From a virus, in IMG/VR virus record IMGVR_UViG_3300042934_000125, positions 2,886-66,885 of that record: a DNA stretch of 64,000 nucleotides; one strand, given 5' to 3'. The notes beneath the pieces are model-generated. The model did no database searches. It saw only the letters and a program-made list of their open reading frames with translations, and was not told the origin of the DNA. Within the stretch, counting starts at the first letter, position 1, and the number at the start of each line of letters is the position of its first letter. The position numbers and the translations under genes were made by a program. This document shows positions 37,735 through 47,459 of this stretch, piece after piece.

Positions 37735-38164
37735 CGCCCTCTCCTACCTTTCTCTCAATGTAATCTACGATGTATTTTGCTACCTCTTCGTATTGCCCTT
37801 CAATAACCTTCTCTCTACTTAACTTATCAATCATGTAGATTGGACTCTTAACCAGATCGATCAGGTTCTCAACGAATAGCTGTAAACAGATTGCTTCCTT
37901 TGCTTCCCAGATATAATACATAACCGTGTAATTAACAAGGTCATCAATCGTATCCTCGATACTCTCCGTCTTTACCATGTTGCCTTTCTTCAGGAGTTTT
38001 GTGAGTCTATTCACCTTGTTCTCTGCTTGAATCAGGAAATATACTTTACCGTGTTTATCCAAACCTTTTTGTACGGAATTACCGTAATCTGCATTTTTCT
38101 GTATAAAGGTTAAAGTCTGTTTACAGACGTAATTTTCGTAGTTATGCATTTGCTTTGCCTCCAT
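37706..38164 (-). CDS. DUF1599/Nmad1-like all-alpha NTP pyrophosphatase-like protein
   Basis: KNADYGNS...K..RL..L......ESIEDT..DL.NY. Confidence 0.8.
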   Translation of the reverse strand: MEAKQMHNYENYVCKQTLTFIQKNADYGNSVQKGLDKHGKVYFLIQAENKVNRLTKLLKKGNMVKTESIEDTIDDLVNYTVMYYIWEAKEAICLQLFVENLIDLVKSPIYMIDKLSREKVIEGQYEEVAKYIVDYIERKVGEGDGSGTARDV

Positions 38165-38204
38165 AAGATAATAGATTAGGGAGGGCTTTCACCTCCCGCG
38201 CTTT

Positions 38205-38753
38205 TTACTTTGTTCCTGTGCTACCGTGACCGCCTCGATCTGGATTACCCAGTGTGTTTACTGCTGTGAACATTACGTTAGGCATTACTTCCTCTACCCG
38301 CATCTGACCTACTCTATCGTACTGCTCGATGATACCGTCCTTTAATGCGTAGTAGCTAACGAACCATTCGTCATTATCTCCGCTGAAGGATGTATCAATG
38401 ATCCCTTTGCTGTTCACTTGGATGAGTCCGAAGTTCTTATAGGTTGAACCTCGTGGGAGAACATACGCCTCGTACCCTTCGGGTAACTCCATAGCGAAAC
38501 CTAAGTAGACCTTTACTTCATCTCCCGCGTGATAACCAACTCCATAGATATCTTTCACGATCTCTTCAAAGTAATTAGTACCATCTACAGGCTTGTAACC
38601 CGTGACTAAAGTACCAGATAGGAAAGGTATAGGGACACCGTTGACTTCTATACGACACGCTCTGACATCTACCCAGTTCGAACGACTTTTACCTCCGAAA
38701 TGTTCAAGTTCTGGTACTCCTGAATCTTTGTACAATACTGGAATCGTAAGCAT
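38205..38753 (-). CDS. dut: Trimeric dUTPase
   Basis: [28 protein letters not shown] motifs. Confidence 0.9.
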   Translation of the reverse strand: MLTIPVLYKDSGVPELEHFGGKSRSNWVDVRACRIEVNGVPIPFLSGTLVTGYKPVDGTNYFEEIVKDIYGVGYHAGDEVKVYLGFAMELPEGYEAYVLPRGSTYKNFGLIQVNSKGIIDTSFSGDNDEWFVSYYALKDGIIEQYDRVGQMRVEEVMPNVMFTAVNTLGNPDRGGHGSTGTK

Positions 38754-38986
38754 TACATAAACTCCTTCAGCTTGTCTTGTAGTTTCTTGTTGCGTTCCAT
38801 GTCAGCTTTGGCAAGTTTGGCATGAGTAGCATGATACAGAATCTCTTGCTCTGCCGTGTCATTGATCTTTGTAAGTTCAGCATTTGCCGCTTCCAGATCG
38901 TCATGAGCTTTCTGGAATGTACCGAGTGCTTTTGTTACCTTCTTCATAGCCTTGTTAACTCGTCTTTCATGGGTTGTCTTAAACAT
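38753..38986 (-). CDS. Hypothetical coiled-coil protein
   Basis: GGAGG RBS; coupled. Confidence 0.6.
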   Translation of the reverse strand: MFKTTHERRVNKAMKKVTKALGTFQKAHDDLEAANAELTKINDTAEQEILYHATHAKLAKADMERNKKLQDKLKEFM

Positions 38987-38989
38987 TGT

Positions 38990-39604
38990 TCATCCTCCAA
39001 TTTGTTTTTTGTAGTTTAGTACGGCTCTGGAATACTGAGTTGAATAGATTCCGTTTCTCTTAGCCGAACGCATACCACCTTCACCCATGTTGTAAGCCAT
39101 TAGAATTGTTGTCTCGTCGTCGTACTTCCTATAGAGGTTCGACAGTATGTATACTCCTGCTCTAATGCTATCCTCTGGATTGGTAAAGTCCAGTGATCCT
39201 AATGCTTTGCGTAGACCTGCATGGTTTCCTGAGTTGATCTGCATGATGCCTACATCTACGGAACCATTTTTGTTTACGTTTCGGGCTTTCGGGTCGAAGT
39301 GACTTTCTTTCTCCATGACCGCTAACACCATGTCATAAGGGACTTTGCTGTTTAGGGCTTGCTCATACGTGAATTTTTGCAACTCTGTACTCAGGTCAAT
39401 ATCTCGTTGATAAGGCTTTTCTTCTTTTTTCGGCTGTTCGGGTTTTGTGTCGAATTTAGCCGATACAAACTGTACTGTTATAACAGGTATTTTCTCTGTA
39501 GATGTCACCTTTGCTTCCATGACAGGTGTTTCTTCTTTAATGAAGCACCCTAACAGTAAGGCAAGTGTAGCAACTACAGAAACAACCTTAGATAATACCG
39601 TAAT
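38990..39604 (-). CDS. Lytic transglycosylase (SLT), probably membrane-anchored; start extended to ATT
   Basis: AV..KES.F.P.A, D.GIMQIN, AYN.G motifs; in-frame hydrophobic signal upstream of the track start at 39520. Confidence 0.85.
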   Translation of the reverse strand: MTVLSKVVSVVATLALLLGCFIKEETPVMEAKVTSTEKIPVITVQFVSAKFDTKPEQPKKEEKPYQRDIDLSTELQKFTYEQALNSKVPYDMVLAVMEKESHFDPKARNVNKNGSVDVGIMQINSGNHAGLRKALGSLDFTNPEDSIRAGVYILSNLYRKYDDETTILMAYNMGEGGMRSAKRNGIYSTQYSRAVLNYKKQIGG

Positions 39605-39944
39605 CTGTTAACTCCAACTGCCTATTCTTGACCATTTCCCTGAGTTCTTTCTCACGTTGCTGAGATACGTACATCTCAAGCCCCTTTAATGCACCCTTTA
39701 GTCCGAACATTCGCCCTTGTAAATGCTCTTTCGTCTTCTCAACTTCTTCAATGGAACTTGCAAACCAGTAACCTTCTCTACCACTACAGATTGGATTACC
39801 ATGTCTGCGAAGAGTGTTGATTAGTCCTCTGATTGTTGCGCCTTTCATGCTGAACAGAATCTCAAGCTGTTTGCTCTTGACCGCGTTCTCCTTGCCTACT
39901 TGATCTTGCAATAACTCCAACAAGATTTCGCAAGTTTCACTCAT
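39588..39944 (-). CDS. Winged-helix HTH protein
   Basis: G.ENA..S..L......A.IR..IN.LRR.G.PICS...GYW. Confidence 0.7.
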   Translation of the reverse strand: MSETCEILLELLQDQVGKENAVKSKQLEILFSMKGATIRGLINTLRRHGNPICSGREGYWFASSIEEVEKTKEHLQGRMFGLKGALKGLEMYVSQQREKELREMVKNRQLELTDYGII

Positions 39945-39979
39945 TGCCGTTCCCCCTTAAATTGGTTTTCGAATAAACA

Positions 39980-40007
39980 TAATCGCGTGGGAAGCGGTTT
40001 CTAAACC
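39980..40007 (-). promoter_or_regulatory. Phage-type (middle) promoter
   Basis: GGTTTA-N17-GATTATGTTT. Confidence 0.75.
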
Positions 40008-40060
40008 TACAAATAAAAAAAGGCTTAGAAAGGTTTTGTACGCCCTTCTAAGCCTTGTTT

Positions 40061-41083
40061 TTAAGCAATATCGAATACAAAATCATCATCAGTAATTGGT
40101 GCTACAATCGCCTTCTTATAGCCGTTACCCTTTAGGCTGAAGAAGTCATGAATCTTCGTGCCGATCTTGATACCATTTTCTACGATAGAGTTGATTTGTT
40201 CCTCTTCGAAGTATGGTTCGAATCCGAAGTTCTGCAATGCTTTATTAGCGTTGTATCTAAGGAACTTCTCGACCTGATCAACCATCCCGATACTGCCGTA
40301 TACCTCTTGAGAGTAGGCAACTTCATTTTGGTACAGACCTTCTACCATGTCGTATACTTCCATTTGCAATCTCACCTGAGTAGCCGCATCGAATCTTTGG
40401 AACTTCTCATAAGCCAATAGACCAATATATGCTCCGTGGATTGCCTCGTCACGTAGGATCAAATCAATGATTTCTCCGCTTTTCGTCATCTTGCCTTGCC
40501 CCTTCAGGTACAGAGGGTAAAAGAATCCGCTGTAAAAGAGGAATGATTCAAGAAGTACACTTGCTACCATCGCCATGAAGATTTCCTCTTCAGAGGCGTT
40601 CGGGTTGAATAGTTTCAGGTACTTACCTACAATCACATCTGCTTTGTATTTCAGATGCTTGTTAGTCTCTACCCATTTGAAGAGTGCTTGACGCTCCTCG
40701 CTCCGCGGAATCAGTGTAGTGAAGATCGTACTATAACTCTTCGCATGTACTTGTTCCATTGCACCCATGAAGGAGATGACTGCTTTCTGCTGTAAATCAT
40801 GCACATGCAATCCGATCAGCGGCATTCCCTCCCCTCCCTGACGTGTGTCAAGGAAGGTTAGTCCTGCAAGTGCATGTACATAGGTGAAGCGTTGCGCATC
40901 GTTCAGATCGTTGTTCCATGTGTTCTTGTCTTCAGTTACAGGAAACTCTTTCTCCAACCAAAACTGAGTCGTGTTCTGATTCCAAAAGTCCTGCGTATAC
41001 CCATCTATCTGCTCGTTCCAATCTACCGCGTCATATCTTACCGTCATTCCTATATCCTCCTTTAGATCGTGCATGTTTCGCAA
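40061..41083 (-). CDS. nrdF: Class Ib ribonucleotide reductase beta subunit
   Basis: QFW, LT.LD..Q, E.VHAKSYS, LESFLFYSGF, RDEAIH, HDFFS.KGNGY. Confidence 0.95.
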   Translation of the reverse strand: MRNMHDLKEDIGMTVRYDAVDWNEQIDGYTQDFWNQNTTQFWLEKEFPVTEDKNTWNNDLNDAQRFTYVHALAGLTFLDTRQGGEGMPLIGLHVHDLQQKAVISFMGAMEQVHAKSYSTIFTTLIPRSEERQALFKWVETNKHLKYKADVIVGKYLKLFNPNASEEEIFMAMVASVLLESFLFYSGFFYPLYLKGQGKMTKSGEIIDLILRDEAIHGAYIGLLAYEKFQRFDAATQVRLQMEVYDMVEGLYQNEVAYSQEVYGSIGMVDQVEKFLRYNANKALQNFGFEPYFEEEQINSIVENGIKIGTKIHDFFSLKGNGYKKAIVAPITDDDFVFDIA

Positions 41084-43164
41084 AACTCTTCTTCGATGAT
41101 TGCATCTAAGTTCTGTCTGTCCCGCGGTCTAACGTAGTACAAAGACTTAAGTCCTTTTTTCCAAGCATATACAAACAGTCGGGCTAATTCATTTGTAGGA
41201 GTGTCATCATACACATGAAGAGTACATGAGATTCCTTGATCAATGTGATCCTGTGCCGCCGCAACCATGTCGATTACTTTGTATTGACTGATCTCGTAAG
41301 CGGAAACGTAATACTCTTCAGTCTCAGGAGACAAGTAAGGCATAGGATAGTAAGTTGTACTGTTACCGTATCCGCGGTCTTCGATGACTTTGGTAATCGG
41401 CATGATAGATTGTGTACTGTTCTGTACGTAGCTGATAGATTGTGTTGGTGCGATAGCTAAGCGGTAAGCATGGTACAGACCATTTTCACGAACAGATAAT
41501 TTCAACCATTCCCAATCTGACTTTGTAGGTATATAGATTCCATCGAACAACTCTTTGACTCTTTCCATTTTAGGGCTGTAATCGTTCGTCAGATATTGGT
41601 CGAAGTATTCACCAGAGTAGTAGTCGCTCTCCTCGAATCCTAAGAAGGTTTCCTCTTCCTCTAAAGAGATGTGCATGGATGCTTCAATGGAGTAATAGTT
41701 GACCATTGCCGCCCATACTGTTAAGAACTCGATAGCTTCAGGTGATCCGTAATGAATTTTATTCTTGGCAAGGTAGCCGTGAAGATTCATGTATCCGAGT
41801 CCTACGCTATGTAATTCTCGATTAGCCTTAGCGATTGACGGAGCATTTGCAACGTCTGATTTTTTGCTCACAACTGTTAATGCTCTCATTCCCGTATGAA
41901 CGGTTCCGCGAATGTTCTTTCTCTCCATCGCGTTAACGATATTGATCGAACCAAGATTACAGCTAATGTCCCTGTAGATCACATCGTCTTTGCCGTAGTC
42001 GGTGATAAGCGATGTTTCTTGTAACTGGAAGATTTCTGTACACAAGTTGGACATTTTAATCTTTCCAAGTTTCTTCAAGGCGTGTCGTCTGTTAGCTGTA
42101 TCGATGTAAATCAGATACGGGTATCCAGATTCGATCTGTGTAATAGCAATCTGAGTCAGTAGGTCTCTCGCTGAGATGTCCTTTTTCTTCTTCACTCGCG
42201 GATTGGCTACCAGTTCGTCATACATTTCGCTCATGTTCATGTCATCCAAGTGAACGCCGTATTCCTTATAGACTGTGTAAGGATAGAACGCATAACCAAA
42301 CTCATTCTTCTCAGCTAACTCCATGAACTTGTGCGGAACGGTCAAGCCGATTGACAACGATTGAAGTCTACTTTTCTCATCAGCGTTGATTTTCTTCGTA
42401 TCAAGGAACTCAAGTCTATCGGCATGGAAGATATTCAAGTACGCCGCTCCCGCTCCCTTACGTTGACCAAGCTGATTCACATAGGAGAAGATGTCCTCTA
42501 ACAATTTCAGTACAGGCATGATACCAGATGCCGCGTTCTCGATGTCGAGAATGGCTTCAGTCCTCGCCCGCAACTTAGAAAGGTTAATTGCTACGCCCCC
42601 ACCGATTTTAGACAACTGACCTGCTACGCCGACATTAAAGAGGATTGAATTAAGGCTATCATCCATCTCGATCAGGAAGCACGAGACAAGTTCACCTCTG
42701 CGCTTCTTGCCGCTGTTCAGGAAGGTAGGTGTTGCAGGTTGATATCTTTGCTCAATCATTGCCGTTGCGAAGTCTTTAGCCTTGTTTGAATCTCCTGCTC
42801 CAAGGAATAAGGACGTGATGACGATACGGTCTTGGTACGTCTCCAAATATTTCTTCTTATCATTTGACTTTAGGCTGTAGTCCTCGAAATACTTGCTTAC
42901 TGCCATGAATGATTGGAACTCAAACGGTACGCTTCTTACCAGAGATGTTACTTCTTTAACTTCCTTCTCTGAATACTCCTCGTAAACGTCATAGTAGAAA
43001 TCGTTATCAATAAGGTTCTTGATACGACCTGTAACAGAACCAAACTTCTCCGTATTCTCCTCTACGTATGCCAGATATTCTGCGATAGCTACTTTGTCTG
43101 CCTCAAGGTTGTAGAATCCGTTAACCTTCTTTGTGATCTCGTTGTTTGACTCAATAAACTTCAA
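41062..43164 (-). CDS. nrdE: Class Ib ribonucleotide reductase alpha subunit
   Basis: QPATPTFLN, LVSCFL, SNLCTE, CNLGS, APT.SIS, LKSLYY, C-terminal CETC. Confidence 0.95.
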   Translation of the reverse strand: MKFIESNNEITKKVNGFYNLEADKVAIAEYLAYVEENTEKFGSVTGRIKNLIDNDFYYDVYEEYSEKEVKEVTSLVRSVPFEFQSFMAVSKYFEDYSLKSNDKKKYLETYQDRIVITSLFLGAGDSNKAKDFATAMIEQRYQPATPTFLNSGKKRRGELVSCFLIEMDDSLNSILFNVGVAGQLSKIGGGVAINLSKLRARTEAILDIENAASGIMPVLKLLEDIFSYVNQLGQRKGAGAAYLNIFHADRLEFLDTKKINADEKSRLQSLSIGLTVPHKFMELAEKNEFGYAFYPYTVYKEYGVHLDDMNMSEMYDELVANPRVKKKKDISARDLLTQIAITQIESGYPYLIYIDTANRRHALKKLGKIKMSNLCTEIFQLQETSLITDYGKDDVIYRDISCNLGSINIVNAMERKNIRGTVHTGMRALTVVSKKSDVANAPSIAKANRELHSVGLGYMNLHGYLAKNKIHYGSPEAIEFLTVWAAMVNYYSIEASMHISLEEEETFLGFEESDYYSGEYFDQYLTNDYSPKMERVKELFDGIYIPTKSDWEWLKLSVRENGLYHAYRLAIAPTQSISYVQNSTQSIMPITKVIEDRGYGNSTTYYPMPYLSPETEEYYVSAYEISQYKVIDMVAAAQDHIDQGISCTLHVYDDTPTNELARLFVYAWKKGLKSLYYVRPRDRQNLDAIIEEEFCETCTI

Positions 43165-43516
43165 GATTTCTCACTCCCTCAATGAATGTATTTACATCGG
43201 ACTGTTGTCCAGATAGTTCAAATTTATGGATCAAGGGAACACCGTACATTGCTGATAAGGTGTCCCCTGCTTTACCGAAGTTTTCTCCCCAATTCCTATT
43301 CCCGCTAACCGCTACCCCTCGTATTAACCGCCTATGATCGTAGTCGTGCATAAACGCCTGTGTAACGCTCGGAACTTCTCCGAAGCCACATGTATAAGTT
43401 ACGAGTACAAACGGGTCTGAAATGGTCAGCAGAGGGCTGAGACGATGTGTCTCGAATGGTAGCTTACGAATGAACCTGAGAACATTGAATGTCTTTGTAT
43501 CGAATACTATAAGCAT
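43151..43516 (-). CDS. nrdI: NrdI flavodoxin
   Basis: TYT.GFGEVP, SGNRNWG..F.KAG, KFELSG. Confidence 0.92.
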   Translation of the reverse strand: MLIVFDTKTFNVLRFIRKLPFETHRLSPLLTISDPFVLVTYTCGFGEVPSVTQAFMHDYDHRRLIRGVAVSGNRNWGENFGKAGDTLSAMYGVPLIHKFELSGQQSDVNTFIEGVRNLEVY

Positions 43517-43932
43517 CCGTTTTTCTCCAGTACATGTCTGAGTGCTTCCATATCTTCAGAATCAAACATCCGAGGATTTCCCGAAACGAACTCTGTCAAC
43601 TCATTAACCGCTTTGTATGCGCGGTACATTTGCTCAAAGAGCCGTTCGTCTACTGCGTAGAAGTCTTTTTGATTGTCGAAGCTGAATGATACCGCAGAAT
43701 CTTGCCTACGCATTTGGAAAGCTTGCTCCTTTGCTTTCTTGAACCATTCCTCTTTCACTGTCATGGATGCTTTAGCTGTCATCTGCGTCTTGCACTCGAT
43801 AAAAAGAGTACCGAATACGTCCCCTTTAGCAAAATCACCTCTACCACCACCAGTGACCTGCCGTTCCCCGAGACTCTTCGCTACTCGCTTCTCATGCTTA
43901 TTGGATGCTTGTGTTGTGTTCTTCATGTTCAA
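43507..43932 (-). CDS. PD-(D/E)XK nuclease, Holliday junction resolvase-like
   Basis: HEKRVAK...G.G....KGDV...FIECKT. Confidence 0.75.
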   Translation of the reverse strand: MNMKNTTQASNKHEKRVAKSLGERQVTGGGRGDFAKGDVFGTLFIECKTQMTAKASMTVKEEWFKKAKEQAFQMRRQDSAVSFSFDNQKDFYAVDERLFEQMYRAYKAVNELTEFVSGNPRMFDSEDMEALRHVLEKNGCL

Positions 43933-43961
43933 TGCCTCCTGTTTAGGTTACTAAGTAAAGA

Positions 43962-43989
43962 TAATCCTTTACCCAGTGAAACCTAAACT
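43962..43989 (-). promoter_or_regulatory. Phage-type (middle) promoter
   Basis: AGTTTA-N17-GATTATCTTT. Confidence 0.6.
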
Positions 43990-44006
43990 AAGAAGGTAGG
44001 CAGGTA

Positions 44007-44075
44007 CAAATTTGCGCCTTCTATAAGAATAATATAGATAATTAATATTTACTTCGTAAATATAATAATTATCTA
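44007..44075 (+). repeat. Dispersed element copy 3
   Basis: CAAATTTGCGCCTTCTATAAGAATA plus palindrome TAGATAATTA ATATTTAC TTC GTAAATAT A ATAATTATCTA. Confidence 0.85.
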
Positions 44076-44137
44076 AGCGTCCCGCCTGTAGACAAAGAAA
44101 AAACCTACTAACGATTTCTCGCTAATAGGTTAGTTGT

Positions 44138-45271
44138 TTACTTTGCTTCACGCTTGAACATTTTAGGTTTCCAAGGTTCTCCACTTTCCAGTAGTACTGC
44201 ACCGTCAGGTATAGGTCGATTCCATAGGTAGTATTCTACAGCGTAGTCAGCTTTGATTGAGTGAGCAATAGTTGGACGTCTCAGGTACATCCCCTCGTCT
44301 CGCCGCTCGTCGTAGCTTTCCAGACCGTCAAGTCTGTCCTTCGTTATAGCATCTACCTCGTATATTTCCCCTCTAACCTCGCCCTCGCCCTTTTTAACGG
44401 CAGGGAATCCGAATGGTAAATCATATATCTCCCCTTCAATCCAAGCGTTCTCAACGAACGTGGAGCCTTCAAGAAGCCTATGATTGTGATACCCCTTCTT
44501 CAGTGTGCCGTAAACGAACACCAGATGTTTTCCTGTACTACCCTTACCTATGAATTTTCGTTTAGTAGAAGCGGTATTGATAACTTCTGTAACTTTTTCT
44601 TCCTTTGGCTTAATCTCAGCTTGAGGTGTAGCGTCCATGCTATACTTGAGGGATTCTTGCAAGACAGCCAAGTCAAATCTGAAATGCTTGTATCCTCTGA
44701 TAATATACTCCAGATAACCTTCTTCAGGTACTCCGTATCCTCGTCTAACTTTTTCATATCCATCCGTGTAGAACCCTTTCTTCACTTCCACCGTTTTCTT
44801 GTTTTTGATGAACGCGGGCATTATGTAAGTCTGTACTTTCAGCGGTTCATTTCGAAACTTCAGAGTGATTGGCGTTCTTTCGTACACATTCGGATGTCCT
44901 TCGCATTTATCGAGAACCTTACGGTCAGCTTCTTCAATGTGAAAAATAGTTCCCCAGACTTGTGAACCTTCATGCTCCTCGATGTTAGCTACGATCTTAC
45001 CTGCGTTATTCTCAGTGAACGTCAATCTGTAGCCGCCGAGTGCTCCACTTCCGATCACTTGTGCGGAAGGGCAACGCTCTTTCATTCTCTCAGGGTCTAA
45101 ATTGGAACCGTAGGCGAAGTATAACATGTCTTTAATCTCCTCTTTTTTGGTAGTTTTCTTTGTTGGTGCTTCGTGCCGTGGTTTAGGGAGTATTTTCTCC
45201 TTCATGGGTTTAGCTTTCTTTTTCCCATTTATCTCCTTCGGCGCATTGAACAGATGATCAAGCCATCCCAT
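44138..45271 (-). CDS. Tandem gamma-glutamylcyclotransferase (GGCT/AIG2-like) domain protein
   Basis: YFAYGSNL...LD..EG.P..Y and VFVYGTLKKG..NH...LD.LE motifs. Confidence 0.9.
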   Translation of the reverse strand: MGWLDHLFNAPKEINGKKKAKPMKEKILPKPRHEAPTKKTTKKEEIKDMLYFAYGSNLDPERMKERCPSAQVIGSGALGGYRLTFTENNAGKIVANIEEHEGSQVWGTIFHIEEADRKVLDKCEGHPNVYERTPITLKFRNEPLKVQTYIMPAFIKNKKTVEVKKGFYTDGYEKVRRGYGVPEEGYLEYIIRGYKHFRFDLAVLQESLKYSMDATPQAEIKPKEEKVTEVINTASTKRKFIGKGSTGKHLVFVYGTLKKGYHNHRLLEGSTFVENAWIEGEIYDLPFGFPAVKKGEGEVRGEIYEVDAITKDRLDGLESYDERRDEGMYLRRPTIAHSIKADYAVEYYLWNRPIPDGAVLLESGEPWKPKMFKREAK

Positions 45272-45303
45272 TTTTGTGTCCTCCTTGCTTACCTCTTGTC
45301 CTC

Positions 45304-45332
45304 ATTATACACAAACCTATATAGTATTACAA
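45304..45332 (-). promoter_or_regulatory. sigmaA promoter with TATAGGTT box (GGCT)
   Basis: TTGTAA-tactatataggtttgtg-TATAAT. Confidence 0.85.
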
Positions 45333-45369
45333 GCCCTTCAGACAAAAAAAAATAAGCCTTTCGGCTTAT

Positions 45370-45558
45370 CTAATTTAGCGTATATAGTTTGAATGAATCA
45401 ATTACGAGAATACAGAAGAAGAATCCGCTCATGAATAGGAATTTCTGTTTGTTGTAAGTCTGCCATAGTACATATAGACCTAATACCATAATTGTGCTTA
45501 ACACTATATGAAGTTCCTTGCAGACCGTTGCCCAAACCAAGAACTGTTCCAGATTCAT
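45370..45558 (-). CDS. Small membrane protein
   Basis: Two hydrophobic segments; AAGGAGGT RBS; TTGCAA-N17-TAGAAT promoter at 45595-45623. Confidence 0.65.
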   Translation of the reverse strand: MNLEQFLVWATVCKELHIVLSTIMVLGLYVLWQTYNKQKFLFMSGFFFCILVIDSFKLYTLN

Positions 45559-45648
45559 AAACTTACCTCCTTTGTATTTTACCTCTTAATGGTAATTCTA
45601 CAACAGATAACCTTCCGTTGCAAGCGCAAACAGACAAAAAACCGAAGG

Positions 45649-45843
45649 CTATTTGCCCTCGGTATCCTTATTTAACTCTTCCTGACTTTTTAAGAATAAA
45701 TCACATACACATATTCCACAAACTCTAACTTCTTCGCTACCAATCAATAGAACTCTAAACGTCTTTGTATCACATCCAGAGCATCGTACACTGAATTTAG
45801 TATGTACATATCTTATCATCTTAGCTGTGATGGAAAAGTCCAC
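45649..45843 (-). CDS. Small zinc-finger protein
   Basis: CSGC...CGIC. Confidence 0.45.
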   Translation of the reverse strand: MDFSITAKMIRYVHTKFSVRCSGCDTKTFRVLLIGSEEVRVCGICVCDLFLKSQEELNKDTEGK

Positions 45844-46330
45844 GTTCCATTGCCCTTCTATAGCTTACAGGCAGGGACTTCTTGAATACGCTGTGTGACC
45901 ATGCTCTTGCGTCCTCTTCGGCTTCATTACGGTGCATGGGCATGTCAGGCTTCTTGGTCTGAACAGCATGTCTGAACTCATGCAGAAGCGTCATGATGGA
46001 AGGCTTTTGAAACACGTAAGCCTCGTGTAGTGTAGGGAAGTAGCAACCTCCACCAGTACGGGCATATTCTGTTTGATCTTGCACGAAGTAAAATTTAGGT
46101 GGTTCAATGCCGTAGATTGCTGATACTTTATTGATCCAGATTCCCATTGCGATAGCTTTATCCGTCACGTCAACGTCACGTTTCCAGACTCCTGCTTTTT
46201 TCAACTCAATAGTTGCGGCAATCGTTTCAGGGTGAATGTGTCTGAAGACCTTTGCGTAGTTTTGTTGGTATCCAGAAGTTTGAACTCCTGCTCCGCGTGT
46301 TGATTCGGTTAGTTCCAATGTTGTAGCCAT
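45821..46330 (-). CDS. HEXXH zinc metallopeptidase-like protein
   Basis: TLLHEFRH...EEDARAW. Confidence 0.7.
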   Translation of the reverse strand: MATTLELTESTRGAGVQTSGYQQNYAKVFRHIHPETIAATIELKKAGVWKRDVDVTDKAIAMGIWINKVSAIYGIEPPKFYFVQDQTEYARTGGGCYFPTLHEAYVFQKPSIMTLLHEFRHAVQTKKPDMPMHRNEAEEDARAWSHSVFKKSLPVSYRRAMERGLFHHS

Positions 46331-46374
46331 TGTCTCAGCCTCTTTCGTTTATGTAGTTTGTCCTTACACCTATT

Positions 46375-46403
46375 ACTATATCAGAACCTGTATAGTATTG
46401 CAA
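46375..46403 (-). promoter_or_regulatory. sigmaA promoter with TACAGGTT box
   Basis: TTGCAA-tactatacaggttctga-TATAGT. Confidence 0.8.
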
Positions 46404-46447
46404 TAGCCTGTATAAAAAAGTCGGAGATTTCTCCCCGACCATTCCAT

Positions 46448-47458
46448 CTATGATACAGCTAACTCAAGGACACGATCTTGTAGGCTACCAAACTCCTCAG
46501 AATCGCTTCTAAGCCAATCAAGTAGCTTAGCCATACCTTGGAACTTATGCTCGGTTCCTTCGCTGTCCTCGACGTAATACCACGCGCCTCCTTGACGGAT
46601 GACCTCAAGGAATAGTCCAAGTTCAATAGTATCATTCAGAACGTCGACACCTTCTGCATAGTTGAGAGTGTAGCCAGTGAATCGACGGTCATTCTTCGTC
46701 ACCTTGTTCTTCTCATACTTCACGTTGACCGTGTGAGCGGAAGGGTTCTCGAAGTTGTTAGCTTGCTCCTTGTTATTGTGATCCAATAGCTTTCCTTTAG
46801 AGAACATGAATCTTTGGGAACAAGCATGTTTCCACATTCTACCCCCTGGAGTATTATAGGCGACATATGTACTTCCGATCTTGTCCCGAAGCTGATTAAT
46901 ACCGATCAGAGTCGTTCCAAACTTGTTACAAGCAGGAACAACCTTCGTGGCGAACTGCGTCATTACAGCGGAGTTACCTGCATACGTTTTATCCTCTAAT
47001 GTCCCCTCAGTTGCTTGTTTCGGATGCAGGAAAGGGATACTATCGATGACTACCAGACCAACTTGACCTGTACGGATGGCATCAAGAACCATGTCCAACA
47101 GAGTTTCAGCGTACTCTTGTTCAGGCTTGATGAGAATAACCATCTCCCAATTGACTCCGAGACGTGTTCCCCATTCTTCATCGAGTGTATTCTCAGCATC
47201 AAGGTAAAGGACGTAATCCTCGGGATATACCTTCTGGTAGTTTGAGATGGCATCAAGGGCAGTAGTTGTCTTACCACTACCCTCTGAACCGAAGAACTCA
47301 GATACTTTACCTTTTGCGACTCCTCCGCGTGTCATATAGTTCATCATGGGAGAAGAAAAGGGAATCATAACCCTCTTCTCGATCTTCGTACCCACCTGTA
47401 CAATATTCTTCTTGAATTTCTTGTTTAATGCTTCGGCAATTTCACGAATGTCAGCCAT
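46448..47458 (-). CDS. recA: RecA/UvsX-like recombinase
   Basis: GSEGSGKTT, YLDAEN, VVIDSI, INQLR, TPGG, GAWY. Confidence 0.92.
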   Translation of the reverse strand: MADIREIAEALNKKFKKNIVQVGTKIEKRVMIPFSSPMMNYMTRGGVAKGKVSEFFGSEGSGKTTTALDAISNYQKVYPEDYVLYLDAENTLDEEWGTRLGVNWEMVILIKPEQEYAETLLDMVLDAIRTGQVGLVVIDSIPFLHPKQATEGTLEDKTYAGNSAVMTQFATKVVPACNKFGTTLIGINQLRDKIGSTYVAYNTPGGRMWKHACSQRFMFSKGKLLDHNNKEQANNFENPSAHTVNVKYEKNKVTKNDRRFTGYTLNYAEGVDVLNDTIELGLFLEVIRQGGAWYYVEDSEGTEHKFQGMAKLLDWLRSDSEEFGSLQDRVLELAVS

Positions 47459-47459
47459 C

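Noticed and set aside
40215-40225. GGTTCGAATCC, a tRNA T-arm-like motif
   Set aside because: Inside nrdF with no cloverleaf context; I found no tRNA in the window
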